DNA of 64,000 bases, from contig CM069137.1 of assembly GCA_035221665.1 (NCBI GenBank), forward strand, positions 75,082,001 to 75,146,000, written 5' to 3'. Positions 48,531 through 62,600 of the stretch are shown here, piece by piece (position 1 is the first letter of the stretch; the number at the start of each line of letters is the position of its first letter). The DNA is from Okamejei kenojei. Its lineage: Eukaryota. The notes under the pieces are model-generated. The model was not told where the DNA came from and searched no databases. It saw only the letters and a program-made list of their open reading frames with translations. Both the position numbers and the translations under genes were made by a program.

Positions 48531-51029
48531 TGGAGGCGAAAGCAGAGCCTACAGTTGTCGAATAGCCTTCCATTTTGCCGTTAAACTTTACACAACCGGC
48601 GATTAAGCCACATTTAAACTTCAGCAGAACCGGCGCGCAAGCCGCATATAAGTGCTCAGCACACGAATAGACGATTTTTGATGTCCACCTCTATGCACAA
48701 ATTACAATGTCATGGTAAGGTTTAACAAAACAAAACGATGAGAGCAAACAGGAAACGATTCTGGGGAGGGGGAGGAAAAACATACCTCTACCAATGTTAT
48801 GCAAACAACTAAAAACACAATTGCTGGCAGTATAAAATTATTAGTAGCGGAGTCCAGACTCCACTCTGATAAGGCAATGTTGTTAAGATAACTTCAGAAA
48901 CAGTTTTCAGATATGGAACCGAATTTAGTCATAGGTTGCACAATTAGACCATACTTCTGCAATGACCAGCTTCTGCCAGGGACAGTTGCCAAATTAAACA
49001 CCAATTAACTATTTCAAAGCGAGAAGGGACAAAATTGCAGACTACAATTTTGTTACCATGGTTAACACAATATGTGCCATGTACCCATTAAAAAAAAAGC
49101 TGGCTTCACGTTTTACGTTAAAGCAAACATATTTGATCGAATTTAAACATTCTCAGAAAGGTCATAGTCAACCAAGCAGATAAACTCTTTCAGCAGCTAC
49201 ATCAATTTTACGTGAAGTAATATGAAGAATTCATTTTCACAATTGTCTGCTCAATCCAGAGGAGTATTCTTTGGGCGATTTTTTAGCCAGTTTTTTTCAA
49301 AACTTATTCTCACAATCTAATCACACCGCGCCAATAGGGTGGACAGTGGTGCTTCCCCCAAGCGTAATTGTGATCTGAGCCTTCTTACAGAAAAAACCCT
49401 ATCTAAAACAATTGACCATCTTTATAATCATTTTATAAACCAAATAATCAAACAGAGGGCTATGTCGCGTTTGTTGTTTTTTATGTATTGGTGAATCAAT
49501 TATTGGTGTCCGTGGCGTTGGTGTGGACAATGGTACGAGATCTGGATCTCAGCAGTGAGCTTATTCGTAGGGTTTCACTGGCGGATTGAATGGTCCAAAT
49601 ATCAAGTCGTGTTTTTGAGAAGAATTAACCTATAGAGGCTTATGAAAGGAGTTACATTTCATAATTTCATATTTTTTATAACACAAATATATCCAAAAAA
49701 CTCCAACCTTTAGAATCACGCATTAGAACCGCTTTTCGTGAATCCGTGCAACTGGATTATTTAGGTTCTGCAATCCGTTCGTTTCTTTAAAAAAAAACCT
49801 CACTTTTACTGAAAACTCTCCTCTGCATCCTGCCTACACTCCAACCTCCCCATCCAAATCCAGAAAAAAAATTCCGAAATCAAAGTTAATAGAATTTCAA
49901 AGTTTGAATATTTTATTAACATTGCGCCTCATTTTAAATTCCCGTCGCCAGCTAAAGGAAACACGGCGCATTGTATGGACATTATGAGTTATGTTTCAGA
50001 ATTCGGTGCTTAGCCATTTAATCTCAAGGGATGGTTTTGCATTTTCTCAGTAAAAATTCTTCGCGGGCTTCAGTCCAGATTTTATCAGATGATCTACCTT
50101 CTACATATCTCAATCCACGGGAAGCATGAGGCAAGGGGAAAGGGCGATGTCAAATAACTGCCAGGCACCTTCTTCTCTCCTGATGAATTTCCTCCCTCGC
50201 TGGCAACGAGAAGAACAATTACACATCAAACTGATTCAAGAATTTCTGCACTTTCATGAGCCTTAAATATATATACAAAAAATAAAGATTTGTTTTGTCC
50301 ATTTAACTTAATTTCTTGTGGGATGTGTGATTGTGACTGGGGTGTATTTCGTTTTTTCTTCTCTTCTACATTGGAATCAGCGGGGACATAATGAAATAAT
50401 CCATAGTAGTTGGAAATGGAGGCTCGATATGTTACCAGATAGCTCCACATACTGATAACCAACTTCCTCTTTCTCACCTGTGTAGAATACACCACAGAGC
50501 ATTTATTGCGAGTTGTCACGCTTTCTGCATTACTGTTTTTGTTTGAATGAATGCAGCCGCCATGGTGCAGTTTCTAACTGAGTGACCAAACGTGCTTCAG
50601 ATTCCCTTGTTTCCTATTCTTAACCCGACCAAATTAAAAAGGTTTCAGGAAATCATGTCAAAGCTAATCCGGAAGCTGTCTGACTCATAATTGCCAACAT
50701 TGGGAAATGTGCATCATACGTGCTTCATAATTTGCAGCAGTTGCTTTGGGGGGAAAATCTTTATTCTAGACGTATTGGGAACACGAACTAAAATACATTA
50801 TATTACCAAATTGCAGGGGTCTGATTGCAGTGGTGTGAAGTGCCCACTGTCGAGAGAGTTATTTCCCTTTATGTTTACGCTGTTACTGCACTTCCCCCTG
50901 TATAGTTGGTTAGAGTGTGGGTTACAATGCATGTTATATAACAAATAGCTCTTGCAAAGAACTCGTTAAAGGAAACATGGCGCTTGCGAGCTGTACTTGC
51001 GAAATCCGCAAGGAATTGCTGCGAATTCC

Positions 51030-51155
51030 TTTTTGTTTGAAGAAAATTTACAACTTTGTAATGGACCTTTTACGAGGGAGCCGGCGCTGCCATTGGCTAG
51101 TTTTGGTCATGTGAAGCAAGTAACTGCGTTCATGGCCTTTTCATGATTTCCCTTG
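51030..51155 (+). promoter_or_regulatory. Promoter-like conserved element of the Hox7-Hox6 interval
   Basis: TTTACAAC and TTTTACGA Hox/Cdx sites, ATTGG (51092) followed by GGTCATGTG (51105). It resembles an element recalled upstream of Hox6 paralogues. Confidence 0.6.
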
Positions 51156-54100
51156 TGAATATTTCACTGCATTCCGCTGCTAACTCGTCTCAAACCGTCT
51201 TTTCTGTCAGTATCTCCCCTTGCCTGCTTTTGTCGTTGGTATTTGGCGCCAGCTGCTTGGGAAAAAGGGGGAGACTTTCCGCTCTATTCGCGGTGTTCAA
51301 CCCTTTTCTGTATAACTATGAGGAAGTGATTCGACTCATGCTGGGATTTTAGCAATCTGATCTTTCTCTCAGACCTCTGACGTCTGCTAACAACCTCTAA
51401 CTTACCCTCCAACTCGCTTTACCCATTTTTAAGTTATTTTGATAATCGAAACTGTACAAATGGAATACAAAATCCACCTGGTTCCCGATCGGGGGAAACG
51501 CCATGAAACCGGTAAGTGTTTTTGCTCTCGCCTGCTCGGCTGTTGCAGACAGCAGTATTGTAATGCGTGGCAACGCCGTTGCCTTCGCTGGTTCAGTTCT
51601 AGGCAGCTGTTCTGCCAGGTCGAGAAATGCTCGAGAAATTAACAATCAGCACGACTGGTTTTCAAACGGTGTATTCTAACCAGGTCCAGGTGACCGATTG
51701 AGTATAAACTGTGGCTGTGCGGCAAATTAATTAAATATTTATTTCCCGCAATGAAACAGAGTTGCTATTCGGTCCTATATTTGCGATGATCGTGTTGCTG
51801 TAACACGACTGACATTTGTGTCCAGCATCTCCTGTGAAGATGAGTCGCTTTGCCTAGTTAAATTAAGATTATATATATATATACAACATTTATATACAAA
51901 TATATATATTTGCTACTTTTATTGCCGGTGCTGCTCTGGTGCTTGTTGGTTTTCGGGTGGGTCGCCAGTGAACCGCCTCAGTGATTGGCGGCTTGGGTCT
52001 GCGGCTTTCTATGCTCTTTTTTTTTTACCGTGTTGTGGCGGAGGGTATGAAGGTTGAACACTTTCTCTCGTCAAATGAAAAGTTGCAGCAATGAGTGATG
52101 GATTTGTGTTAACGATGCTAATAAGTCCGTGCGGCAATCTCTGGCTTTGAAAACATCGAGTGCTTTGGGATTTTGGGAGAAAAGCTCAGCTTAACATTTT
52201 AATGATATTTTATCACGTGACTGCAGTCTGCACAAATGAGCAATACTCTTAGCACAATCTTCCCGCGGTCAACATGAAGAGGTCTCTTCAATACCTTGAT
52301 GTTGGTTTGAGTAGACGACCATAGAGCTTTCTAGTGTTTTGTCATTGTGCAAATATTTTCGATTTGTGCATCTGATCAATTGCTTTCTGAAGATGTTATG
52401 CCGAGTTGTATTGGTTCATTCATTTGGATGGTGTATAAGAACTCCAATGTCTATATTCTGAGACCTCAGAATAAGGATATTCTGAGAAATGTTTATGATT
52501 TGACGAAAACTGTTCCAAATTCATGTTGGTAACTTCACAATACAAAACACGAAATAAAAGCACCGTAATCTTTATTATATTCTAATTTCACAATTTTTTT
52601 TTATTGCAACAGTCTGATGGGGAAATATGTGTAAGGTTGAAACTTGAGATATTGGTAGCGGAAAAGTAATGTGAATATTCCCATAACTGTTTCTTTATCT
52701 TAGCCAGTTGGCTGTATTTCTGCTGGTTAAATATTGGAAAAGTTCACCACTTTGCATCGGAGCTGAAGGAAGAAGTTTCTGTCCGCATGCCGTTGAAAAT
52801 CAATATAATTCGACTATGAACTAATTCATCTTTCAGACCCCATATTAGAATGGAAATATAACTATAATATATCATCCTGACCCATGTAGCATATAATAAT
52901 ATCGATGTTAGTTCACCATTGGCAATTGGTGTATATTTGCAAATGATAAATAAATTAAAATCTTATTTCTACCTGCGTCCATTTGGACAGAGTGACAGGT
53001 ACGTTGTGGAAATGAAGCAATCACGACAAAAAAAAAAACAAAAAACACACAAAGTATTGGAACCAAATAAACGTTTAATGATATTGTGAGTGTACTTTCA
53101 TTACAAAATACTTAGAAGAAGCATTTAAATTTATATCTGATTGGCGATAGCGGAGTGCACAATCTTTTGCTCCTTGGAGAAAGTAGAATAATGATCATCT
53201 CGGTTTTCAAACATTGATTGGCTTTAATTATTTTTCTTCAGTCAGATTTCATGTATGTTTCAGTCCGTCTGTGTTCGCTACAATTTGTGGTGCAGACTGG
53301 TATTCTTATGGAGCAGTTAGTCATTCAGATCTTTTATTGCAATTTTATAAAAGTGAAGATGTTAAAAATGTGTTGAATTGTTCTCGTTAAACTAAATCGT
53401 GTTTGCATCAAGTATACGCCATTCATTTTTAAATTTCAGTGAAAGGCCTCTTGATGATTTTCATGTTTGCACCACGCTTTCTACCAAATGGGTCATAATC
53501 CGGCACAACTAAATCTCGGAACAAAACAAAGATAAATTGTCATTATGAAAATAATCAGTAAGTTCATCTTTCCCAATCACGATTTAATCGACAACTTCAA
53601 AGTGGGACTATTTAATTTATTTTCAGATTATCCAAGCAAAACTTCCTAAAACATATAAAGGTGAATGTGGACATCGTTCTCTTGAGGTTTGGATATTGTT
53701 TATTGAATACCCAGAGTTTTTTTATGGAAGGTTATATCTAAAGAATATTGCTCAGAATATTTCTGAAGGATTTTTCCTCTATAATGGATCGACAACGCTC
53801 ATATGTAAACCGCCAATACAATTTCCATTCAACAATAACAACATTTCCTTTTTTAATGGAAATATTTTCAATTAAAATCTGTGACACACATAATTCGATT
53901 CTCAACAATGTTGAGTACCTTTTAATTTGCAGCGCTCATTCTCAGTTTTAAGGCATATATGCCAACATAAACAACTTCTAGCGCAAATCCCACATATTTA
54001 ATGCGGTGTATAACGGGAATCAATTTACTGCGATCCCAGAAAATTGCTCTTCTTCACAGAACCCATAAAATAATTTCCAGATCGTGATCTTCTCTCGAAA

Positions 54101-54934
54101 TTATTACAAGGCCTAGAATACTGCAAAAAAGGAAAAATCAAAAACATTACTATATGGTGCGCGGACTGTTTTATTTATTCCACAGTAGGGTCGGGGTTTA
54201 CAGTCGCGTCCAGTGGAAAGTTAATTACAAGCTTTCTGCGTCAAAAGTTTCGGGGACGTAAGGAGTGGTGATCTGGGTTTATTTTTACTTTAGGTGTGCT
54301 CAGAACTGGAAACCGTACATTCCACTATTGTTGAAGAGCAACTAATTAATATGGGGCAAATATAATTTCTTCCATCCAATGTCAAAGACGGCTGCTGCAA
54401 AATTAGATTTACGAGGGCTAGACGGTCAATTGGATTATAGCAATTAGGATCTTAGCTCGGAATTGTAAGACAAAACACAATCAAAATTCCCCAACTCTAA
54501 ATGAAACCAGACCCCATGTTATGACAATTAATGTAAAATATACGTTAAAATGTTACATGCTCTTCTGCTTACACTTAATCCATCTCAAGTTCTAAATTGC
54601 TGGATCTATTTAACGTCATATTTAGGTTTAGAACACTTCCAATCCAGACCCTCGACCGGACTTCCGAACAACCAACAATGCTGCAACATTTCCCAAATTC
54701 GGAGAGTTGCTCAGTTTCAGAGAACAATGGACGGCGGCCCAGTACCCGATTGCGTATACTCCTTACATCTAGTCATGAAATATTTCAACTCCAGACTCTT
54801 AAGTACCCACTGGCAAGAGAGTACAAAGAGCTCGATCTGCCAACACTCCAAGACTGAAAAACAGTGATTTTTTTTTACCATGGTTAATACACTTTCAAAC
54901 CAAAGGTCATGCGTGTGTACTTGTATGTGCGCGC

Positions 54935-54972
<38 letters not shown>

Positions 54973-54980
54973 GGAGGGGG
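54935..54980. repeat. (GT)n(GA)n compound microsatellite
   Basis: Seen directly. Confidence 0.9.
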
Positions 54981-56634
54981 TGCAGTGGCAAGTAATCTGC
55001 TGATCCTATTTCAATGCTTCATAATTCACTTACCCAAGAGGTTTGGAAACACCCTTTTTAAATCCCTAAAAAAAACACCCAGCAACAGATAACTGCAGCC
55101 CACGTGCGTTAAGTATCACCGCGACAATGGGCGGATCTTTGCCAAATTCTTCAGACTCAGATTAATGCAGTCAGTGTTTTGACATCGTTTCGTTGCCTTC
55201 ATTAGATGTGCGATTCCGGATCGCAATCAAGCATTTATAATTCGCCTATTAATCAAAGAGGAAAAAGCAAACACTGCATTCAGATATTACATTTATTACC
55301 GTCGCGGTTTTACTGCATTAGTAGCCAACTGGATTCGACTTGATATGTCTCAAATAAAGTTCCACACCGTGAAACACCCCTCCGGAGCAGGACAAACGAC
55401 AGTGCGGCCCCTGAAATCGTATCATTCGTTTTCGATACCTAATCGGTTTTGTAATTACCTTAGTGTATATATTCATCAGATCTTGCAACAGATCTAGTTG
55501 GTATATTTTGAACAACTGCAGTTGAAAATATCGCCAAAGCTACGATGCAGTTGAATCGCACAATGAAACAAAAAGTGCATTGCGCGCTTCTGCTTACGCT
55601 TTCGGTTAGTGGTTCTCTCGTAACAGGCCTCAACTCAATCAGTCAGAAAATAATTTAACATATAAAATAATAAAGATTCATTCTTATTTTTATTTCCTTA
55701 ACTATTGCCCGATAAAAATAGAAAACAAATACTTATCTAGGATCCTGCGCTCAAAAGACAGTACAAGACGAATCGCCTATTTGTAAACCAGAAAATAAAC
55801 TAAGTGCAAAGTTTGTGAAATAAATTTTCTGTAAAGATATTTGATTCGTGGCTAAACAGTCCTAATCCAGTACTCTACGAAAACAACATACTGCAGTCTG
55901 TGAAAGCCTTGATGAAATGTGCATTGTCTGTAGATTTGAATGGTGTGTTTGGTTCTTGCTTAAGAACATATTTTGGTTGGCGTCTTTTAACACCAGTAAC
56001 AACATCTAAAACGTCCACCCCGCTGAAATACAGATTACAATATGAATTCTGGAGTCATAATTGGAAATTCTGAAGTCATTGGAAAAATTTAGGATCTTTT
56101 AACAGGTTCCTCGTCGTGAATGTAATTATTTACTCATAGTGTACATCAAGTGTTGGTGTTGAATATATAGTTAATACAAAGTTTAAAAAAAAATCAACTC
56201 AAGTGAAAAGACTTGATGTGTGTTGAATTCTTTGGGAATAATTTTAGGTATTAAAATCATCGCATGATTTTTTGAGGCTACGATAATGGTGCAATATATC
56301 ACGGTGTACGAGAACTGCGATTTTAAATTATTGTATACTCTTGTTTTCTATGTGTACAAACGTTGTACGTGCACTTTCCTATACATGTCTCCGTTAAATA
56401 ATTGGTAATTTCAGATAACAGAAAGAAGAGTTCATAGTTAAGGATTACCCTTATTCCTGAACCATTTTGATGTAAAAAAATGAAACCATTCCGGAACAAA
56501 AAACATACAAACCCCTTTACACATCAAAGTATCTTTCAATTTTGCTTTGGCGACCTGGGCCTGGTTTTCTCCGTGGATGTCAGAAGGAGGCGCTGTAGGA
56601 CAAGGCTCGCTGAATCACAGTAAGCATTCTCACT

Positions 56635-56838
56635 GCATGAATTACCCCCAGGGTCAGGCACAAGAATTTACGACTGGTCAACAAAAGCACGTGATCTAAA
56701 CTTGTGTCCCATATTTGGTTGCATACGTAGGAGGCAGAGAAATGACATGTGCCTTTTATTTCCATATTTCATTATATATCGCGCGTTCTGGTGGCGAATA
56801 AACGTCTAAGAACCACAAATCAATCCCCTAAAAGGCAG
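56635..56838 (+). promoter_or_regulatory. Hox5-type proximal promoter/5'UTR
   Basis: atttacgactggtcaacaaaagcacgtgat...cccatatttggttgcatacgtaggagg...atttccata...ccacaaatcaa closely resembles the recalled HoxA5/B5/C5 promoter. Confidence 0.8.
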
Positions 56839-57346
56839 ATGAGTTCCTACTTTCTAAACTCTTTCCCAGGTCGCTACCAAAATGGCCACGATTATCAGTT
56901 GCAGAGTTATGGGAATGCCTCGTCTGTGGAGGAGCATTTTAGGGAGTCGACGATGCTTTCGGCCAGGTATGGCTATGATTACACTGGGATAGACCTCAGC
57001 ATGACTCGTTCTAACTCAAATCTTCGTGGAGACAGTGAAAGGTCTACTGACTACATGCAGACAGGCAGTAACACCTTTCACAGTTCTTCTAGTGTGAGAA
57101 CTAAGTCTCCTGATCATACCTTCAGCCCAGGACCTTTGATAAGCCCGTCAGATAGTACTATTAAAACTGGGGCTGCTATCACAGGGCCAAGTCATTCATA
57201 CCGCGGTGGTCAGGACACATCACCGGTTACCGATGAACATCTTGAGGGAACGAACAGCCCCAAACCAGAAAGTGGGCAACTAGACAAGGATTCAGCACAG
57301 CAGATGCAAATATACCCATGGATGAAAAAGCTTCACCTTAATCAAG
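56839..57346 (+). CDS. HOXD5: Homeobox protein Hox-D5, exon 1
   Basis: [25 protein letters not shown]...[12 protein letters not shown]...[13 protein letters not shown] is the Hox5 N-terminus with the YPWM hexapeptide; donor CAAG|gtacgc, phase 1. Confidence 0.94.
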
Positions 57347-57720
57347 GTACGCTCAATGCCGCCATTATATACTTTTGATATACATTTTTAATTTTGGTCG
57401 AAGTATTTTTTTAGATTGGGAAACAGAGTAACTTAATCAAAATTAATAGAGCATGGTATTTGTAAAATCATAACAGTTTGAATGAAATCAGAATATATAA
57501 GCTGTTGCTTTGAACGGTTACAGCAATCGTGTCAGGAACTGCATTTTATGCATCTTGAAAACTGAATCATGTCTAAAAATACTTCAACTTATCTATCGGA
57601 AAACTTGTCTATTTTGTTCTGTTGGTGTTGTAAAGCGCATTAAACCATTATGTCTAAAACCATATCATTTAATATATTTACACCAATGCGTGTAGTAATT
57701 AATCTTTAACTTTTTATTAA

Positions 57721-57963
<243 letters not shown>

Positions 57964-59414
57964 CCCGTTACACCTAACTGGCTATAATATTATTGTCCTT
58001 TACGTTGCAATGGGGAAGATTGTCTGGCCACATAAAATGTTGTGTGAGATACGTTGTTGGGTTCAACACCCTGTCATCAGTAGATTTTATCACTTATCAT
58101 CAACAGATGTTAACATCTTTTTTTCTTTCAATATATATATTTATAATATCTATGCCTAAATTTAGATCAGAAGGGAGAACAATAAAGAGATCAGTCGGCG
58201 TAATGTAGCCATGCAAACAGTTCACATCGGAGAGCAGAATGAACTTGTTCTCTGTGGCTGGTAGCTAAATCTTCTGTCGGATGAATTATTATTTTAAACT
58301 ATCATTTGATAATGTTTTGTAAAGTTAGATAAATATTTTTACTTTCATCTTTTTTTTACATCAACGGTGATTTTCCTTTGTTTGAATAATTCCGAGATTC
58401 GTTCTGTCTTCCCAGCTATATCTTGTTATGTATATTCTGTACATACATAATGTTTAAATGTCTGACTTTGTGCTATATAAATGAAATGAGTGGTGATTTG
58501 TCTACAACGTTGAAATAAACACAGTTTTACCAATAAATACTTCACTTAGTGTTTTTAGCTGCAGTGCATGTTCAGAAGTACTGGCAATTGTGCACTTGCG
58601 AAAGAAGCGAGGCGACTTTGTATTCGCATTTTGTTTCGATTTACTCGACACCAGAGTTCTTCGATTTTCGTAAAAGGTCCTAGAAATGGACTGACTTTCA
58701 ATATTTTCTGTCAGGTATTGTTCTTGGGAAGAACTCTTGGCCGAGCTAACGCCTATTCGATTTGATGTTAAAAGAGAATGTGTCTTAGTTCAGGAAGTAC
58801 AGCATCCAGTTTCCAGACATGTTCATTTACATATGATAATATGTCATCTAATGATTGAACATATCAGTTTGTTTTATATATTTTGTGTCTATTGATATTG
58901 TACTATTAAAATGTATACATCCAGTGGTGAGACTGAACTGCACGAGCATTGGGAACCAGAGGGCCATCTATTAGTTTCCATTGCAGGATCATTTAGGAGG
59001 GTAAAATCCAATGGGGATTTAAACTCTGCATTTAACTCTAAAACAAGATGAAATAATAGATGATTGAAGCAATTGAAATAGGAAAACAATGTCACAGGAA
59101 ACTCTAAATGTTATAAAGGAATTCTTGCTTGAATTCCTAATCGACCCGGTTTTATATCACTGAAGCTATCGGTCACGGATACACAGTGTATTTAAACTTA
59201 CCAAGTGTAAATAGATCGCCGTGGTTGCATAGGAAATGCCCAAATTGCGTTTTAAAGTAAAGGAAACTTATTATCCAAGGTAAACGTCCATCTGGGTTCG
59301 CGGAGATTTAGCTTTATATTACTGAGAGAAGATTTCAATGAACAAGGCTATCTTTAGTGAATAAAAGTTTTAAACTTTAAGGGTTATTTATATGGACGCC
59401 GCAGAGCCAGGTCC

Positions 59415-59654
59415 TGACTGGTTGTACAGGGGCACGTGACGCCATTAAACTTTGTTTTATGGTTAGGGGAGTTGACACGCCGAAATATAATTCACATCAT
59501 ATATTAGGTTAAGAGCAGACAAGTGCAGATGGTTAGTGTTTTCGAGAAGGCCTGTGGAAAGTGACACCAAGAAGCTAGCTGTCCTGATCCGCCGCTATGC
59601 ATTGGAAATGTCCGAGTGCCTTCTACCTTTGCGCTGGGAAAGCAGCAAGTAAGT
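59415..59654 (+). promoter_or_regulatory. Candidate distal promoter and non-coding first exon for HoxD4/D3 transcripts
   Basis: ACTGG-N9-GGCACGTGA, ccattaaactttgttttatgg, ggagttgaca, followed by a consensus donor CAA|gtaagt at 59649. The position fits the distal (P2) promoter of mouse Hoxd4. Confidence 0.55.
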
Positions 59655-62600
59655 TATTTCTAGTGGTTTACAGGGCTGGTAGACGCGTGACACCTGATGT
59701 CATTCCAGGCTCTTGGGCGCATGTACTGTTTCTTGACTAGCCCAAAATCTAGTCCAGCCTGAGTTCATTTTCGACAGCCCTCTGTAGTGACGGCTGCACA
59801 TAATGAATAAGTATGAAATTAATATCGCAATGGACGAGACAAATAACTATCACGCACGTTATTCCACTTTAATTGCAATTATGAATCGATGAATTAAGTT
59901 TGTCATGTTCGTTTAAGCATTCCGTTAAAGGAAAATATAAACAAAAAAATCAACATGATCTTATCTTGTGAATACATTTGAACATAATTACTTACTAAAT
60001 TGAATGACGTGTATTTGATATGGCATTATAATTTAAAGATTACTCAGTGCTTCATAAAAATAGATCTTGGAAGGGTTATGCTGTTAACCGAAAAACAAAC
60101 ACCCCTTTTATACCGAGAGGCTGAATAAAAATATATTTAGAGATAGGAAATAATTTTAAAAGCAATTCTCAACGTTATGGATTCAAATGTTCAAATCCTT
60201 TATTGTGCCCCATATTAATTTTCTGAGATTGTATCACACTGTTAAAGATTCCCCACAGTTATAGATGCTAACGTTTTATTCACTGTCCCGAGGGTTTTGT
60301 AATTGATCACATTCGTTGCAATTTGTATAAGAAATATAGAACAATGACGAACAAGGTGTGCTTAATGTATAAAATAGTGAGTTTTCATTTCCTACAATTA
60401 CCTTCTGAAAGAAAGCTTTCTGGTCTTTAAAGGTGCTGTAAGAATTTCCTTACAACTGGCGAGATGTTACTCGGATTTCTCTTCACCAATCTTTAAAATG
60501 CAATCGCCACTAAACAAACCCCATTGCCTCAATTTTACCCTACACTGACATTAATTGTAAAGGTAGAGAACCATAAAGAGAAAGAGGGAAGAGGGCGAAA
60601 TCACAAACTATATGAACCCGGATTCAAATCCTTCATATTCCCACCGCCAACGAATTTATCAATCAGACTAAAGATGCACATCTCGAGAGCTGAAATGGAA
60701 ATTGCTTACACAGAGCAACGCGCTGTAAATAATCACAATATATTTTGCAAAAAAAAAAAAAAAAAACGCCTGGCACGTTGATACTGTTTTAACCACCTTT
60801 AGTTTAATGGAAAACTCTGAAGCTATACTTTAACAAAAGACAGAAATCATGATTTTGAAATTCTTCAAGGTTAATGAGCTGCATCATCAAAACAAGCGAA
60901 CGCTTTCACTGCTGCAAATGTTCAACATCACTTGCACTGACCTAATAACGATTAGAATACATCGAGAAAACATCGAGAAACACGTCGAAAATACTTTTTA
61001 AGGGCGAAAGGATGATGTTCCGTGTATAAATCGATGTTTTGTTCACATGTAACTTCCTTTTCGGGGAAAAAAGAATCGCCTCCTTAATTGAAGAGAGATT
61101 AGTAGAAAATAACACCAGGCTATATTAATGACTACGATAATCTGAATGAATTGTTGAAATAACTCTATACGTGAAATGGATACGACTTTTTGCCTTCCTT
61201 ATATTTAGCTCAAGGAGAAACTATAATGGTCAGATCAATTAGCTGCTCAAAGCATACATGATCGAATTTTTGTTTTCAAACCTGCATTATAAAAACGCGG
61301 GCTGGCAATTCCAATTACATTGTAGATCACAATTATTTTTTTAAACTTGGAAAGTAAAATGTCACAGTGCCCCGGCGTTAACAACATGTACGTTAGTTTA
61401 ATATTAATCTGGATTAGAAAATCCACCTGTGCTCGTATTTTGCATTGAATGTTATTAAACGCGATTCCCTCAGCATAAATTGTGTTTTTTATTGCAGAGC
61501 TGGCGGAATGGGGGAAGCTCGGAAGTAAGTATTATTGAATGAATTATTTCTTATTAACATGGCGAATGGCTAGAAACGGTCGGCTGTTTTGAATGTGAAA
61601 TTTGTGTGAGGTGAAGATGTAGTTGCATTATGACAAGAGGACTGGTAAACTGGATACTGAGATGATGTCAGTGAAAATGGTTGTGGACACTCTTTTGCAT
61701 TCTTTGTGATCTATTTTTACAGCGATATTTAACTCGTCGTGTAATTACATTCTCCTTCTGTGAAAGGGGTGGACTTGTTATAGGTACAGAGTACGATTAA
61801 AACATGACTATGTTTAACTCCAATTACCTATGACATTATGGAGGAGAAGCAGATTTAGCTGCCTTGTGACTATGAAGCGGGCAAGGCGGGCACAGCGCCT
61901 CCCAGTGCAAGACTGCATTTTTAAAAGGTCATTTGGAGGAAAGTTATTGTTCCGGTTTCAACATCTGCAAAAATGACTTAGCAAATGACGTGGTAATAAT
62001 TATAGAAGATGTATAAAGTTTACTCGTAATGAGCTAATAGAAAGTTGTAGGTAGAATCAAATGTGAAAGCTCCCCAGATACAACCAGGCAGGCCTAACGT
62101 TCAGCCTCGCGTCTGTTCTAATATTAGCTGAAGCATTCGTTTGACTGAAAAAATGTACTTCTTTTCTTCAATTATCTCTTCGCTAGGTTTGCCTGCATAA
62201 AATGTCGCCGACATTTTGTACAACTTGACCAGGTCGACGGTGGAGTTATTATTGATGAAACAATTAGTGTTTATAATACTTTTGCTATTTTTTTTAAATA
62301 GAGACTGGATCCTTGGTTCTTGTCGTTTCTAAACCCAGTAACAGAGTCACAGGAATAATTCGACACTAGCATTTTAAAATCATACACATAAGAAAAAGTG
62401 TATCAGCATTCGTATCATAAAAAACAAAATATTACATATATTAGACAGACTCTGTCCCCATATTTCAAATGACCAATATAATATTAATCTCCATTATTAT
62501 TAGGCAACCACAAAACAATAATACAAATGTTCAGATTCTACCTTATTTACAACAGGAATAGTAAATATTTCTTTCACCTTGGGTCTACCATTGCTCTTTC

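Noticed and set aside
49536-49556. gagatctggatctcagcag as a remnant of the HoxD7 homeobox (KIWFQN)
   Set aside because: The position is plausible, but the match is short and the flanks show no homeobox similarity.
52000-56500. HoxD6 coding pseudogene
   Set aside because: No MSSYF, YPWM or homeobox remnant is recognisable by eye.
59295-59311. DR5 RARE paralogous to the element 3' of Hoxb5
   Set aside because: GGTTCG-cggag-ATTTAG has a second half-site that is too degenerate.
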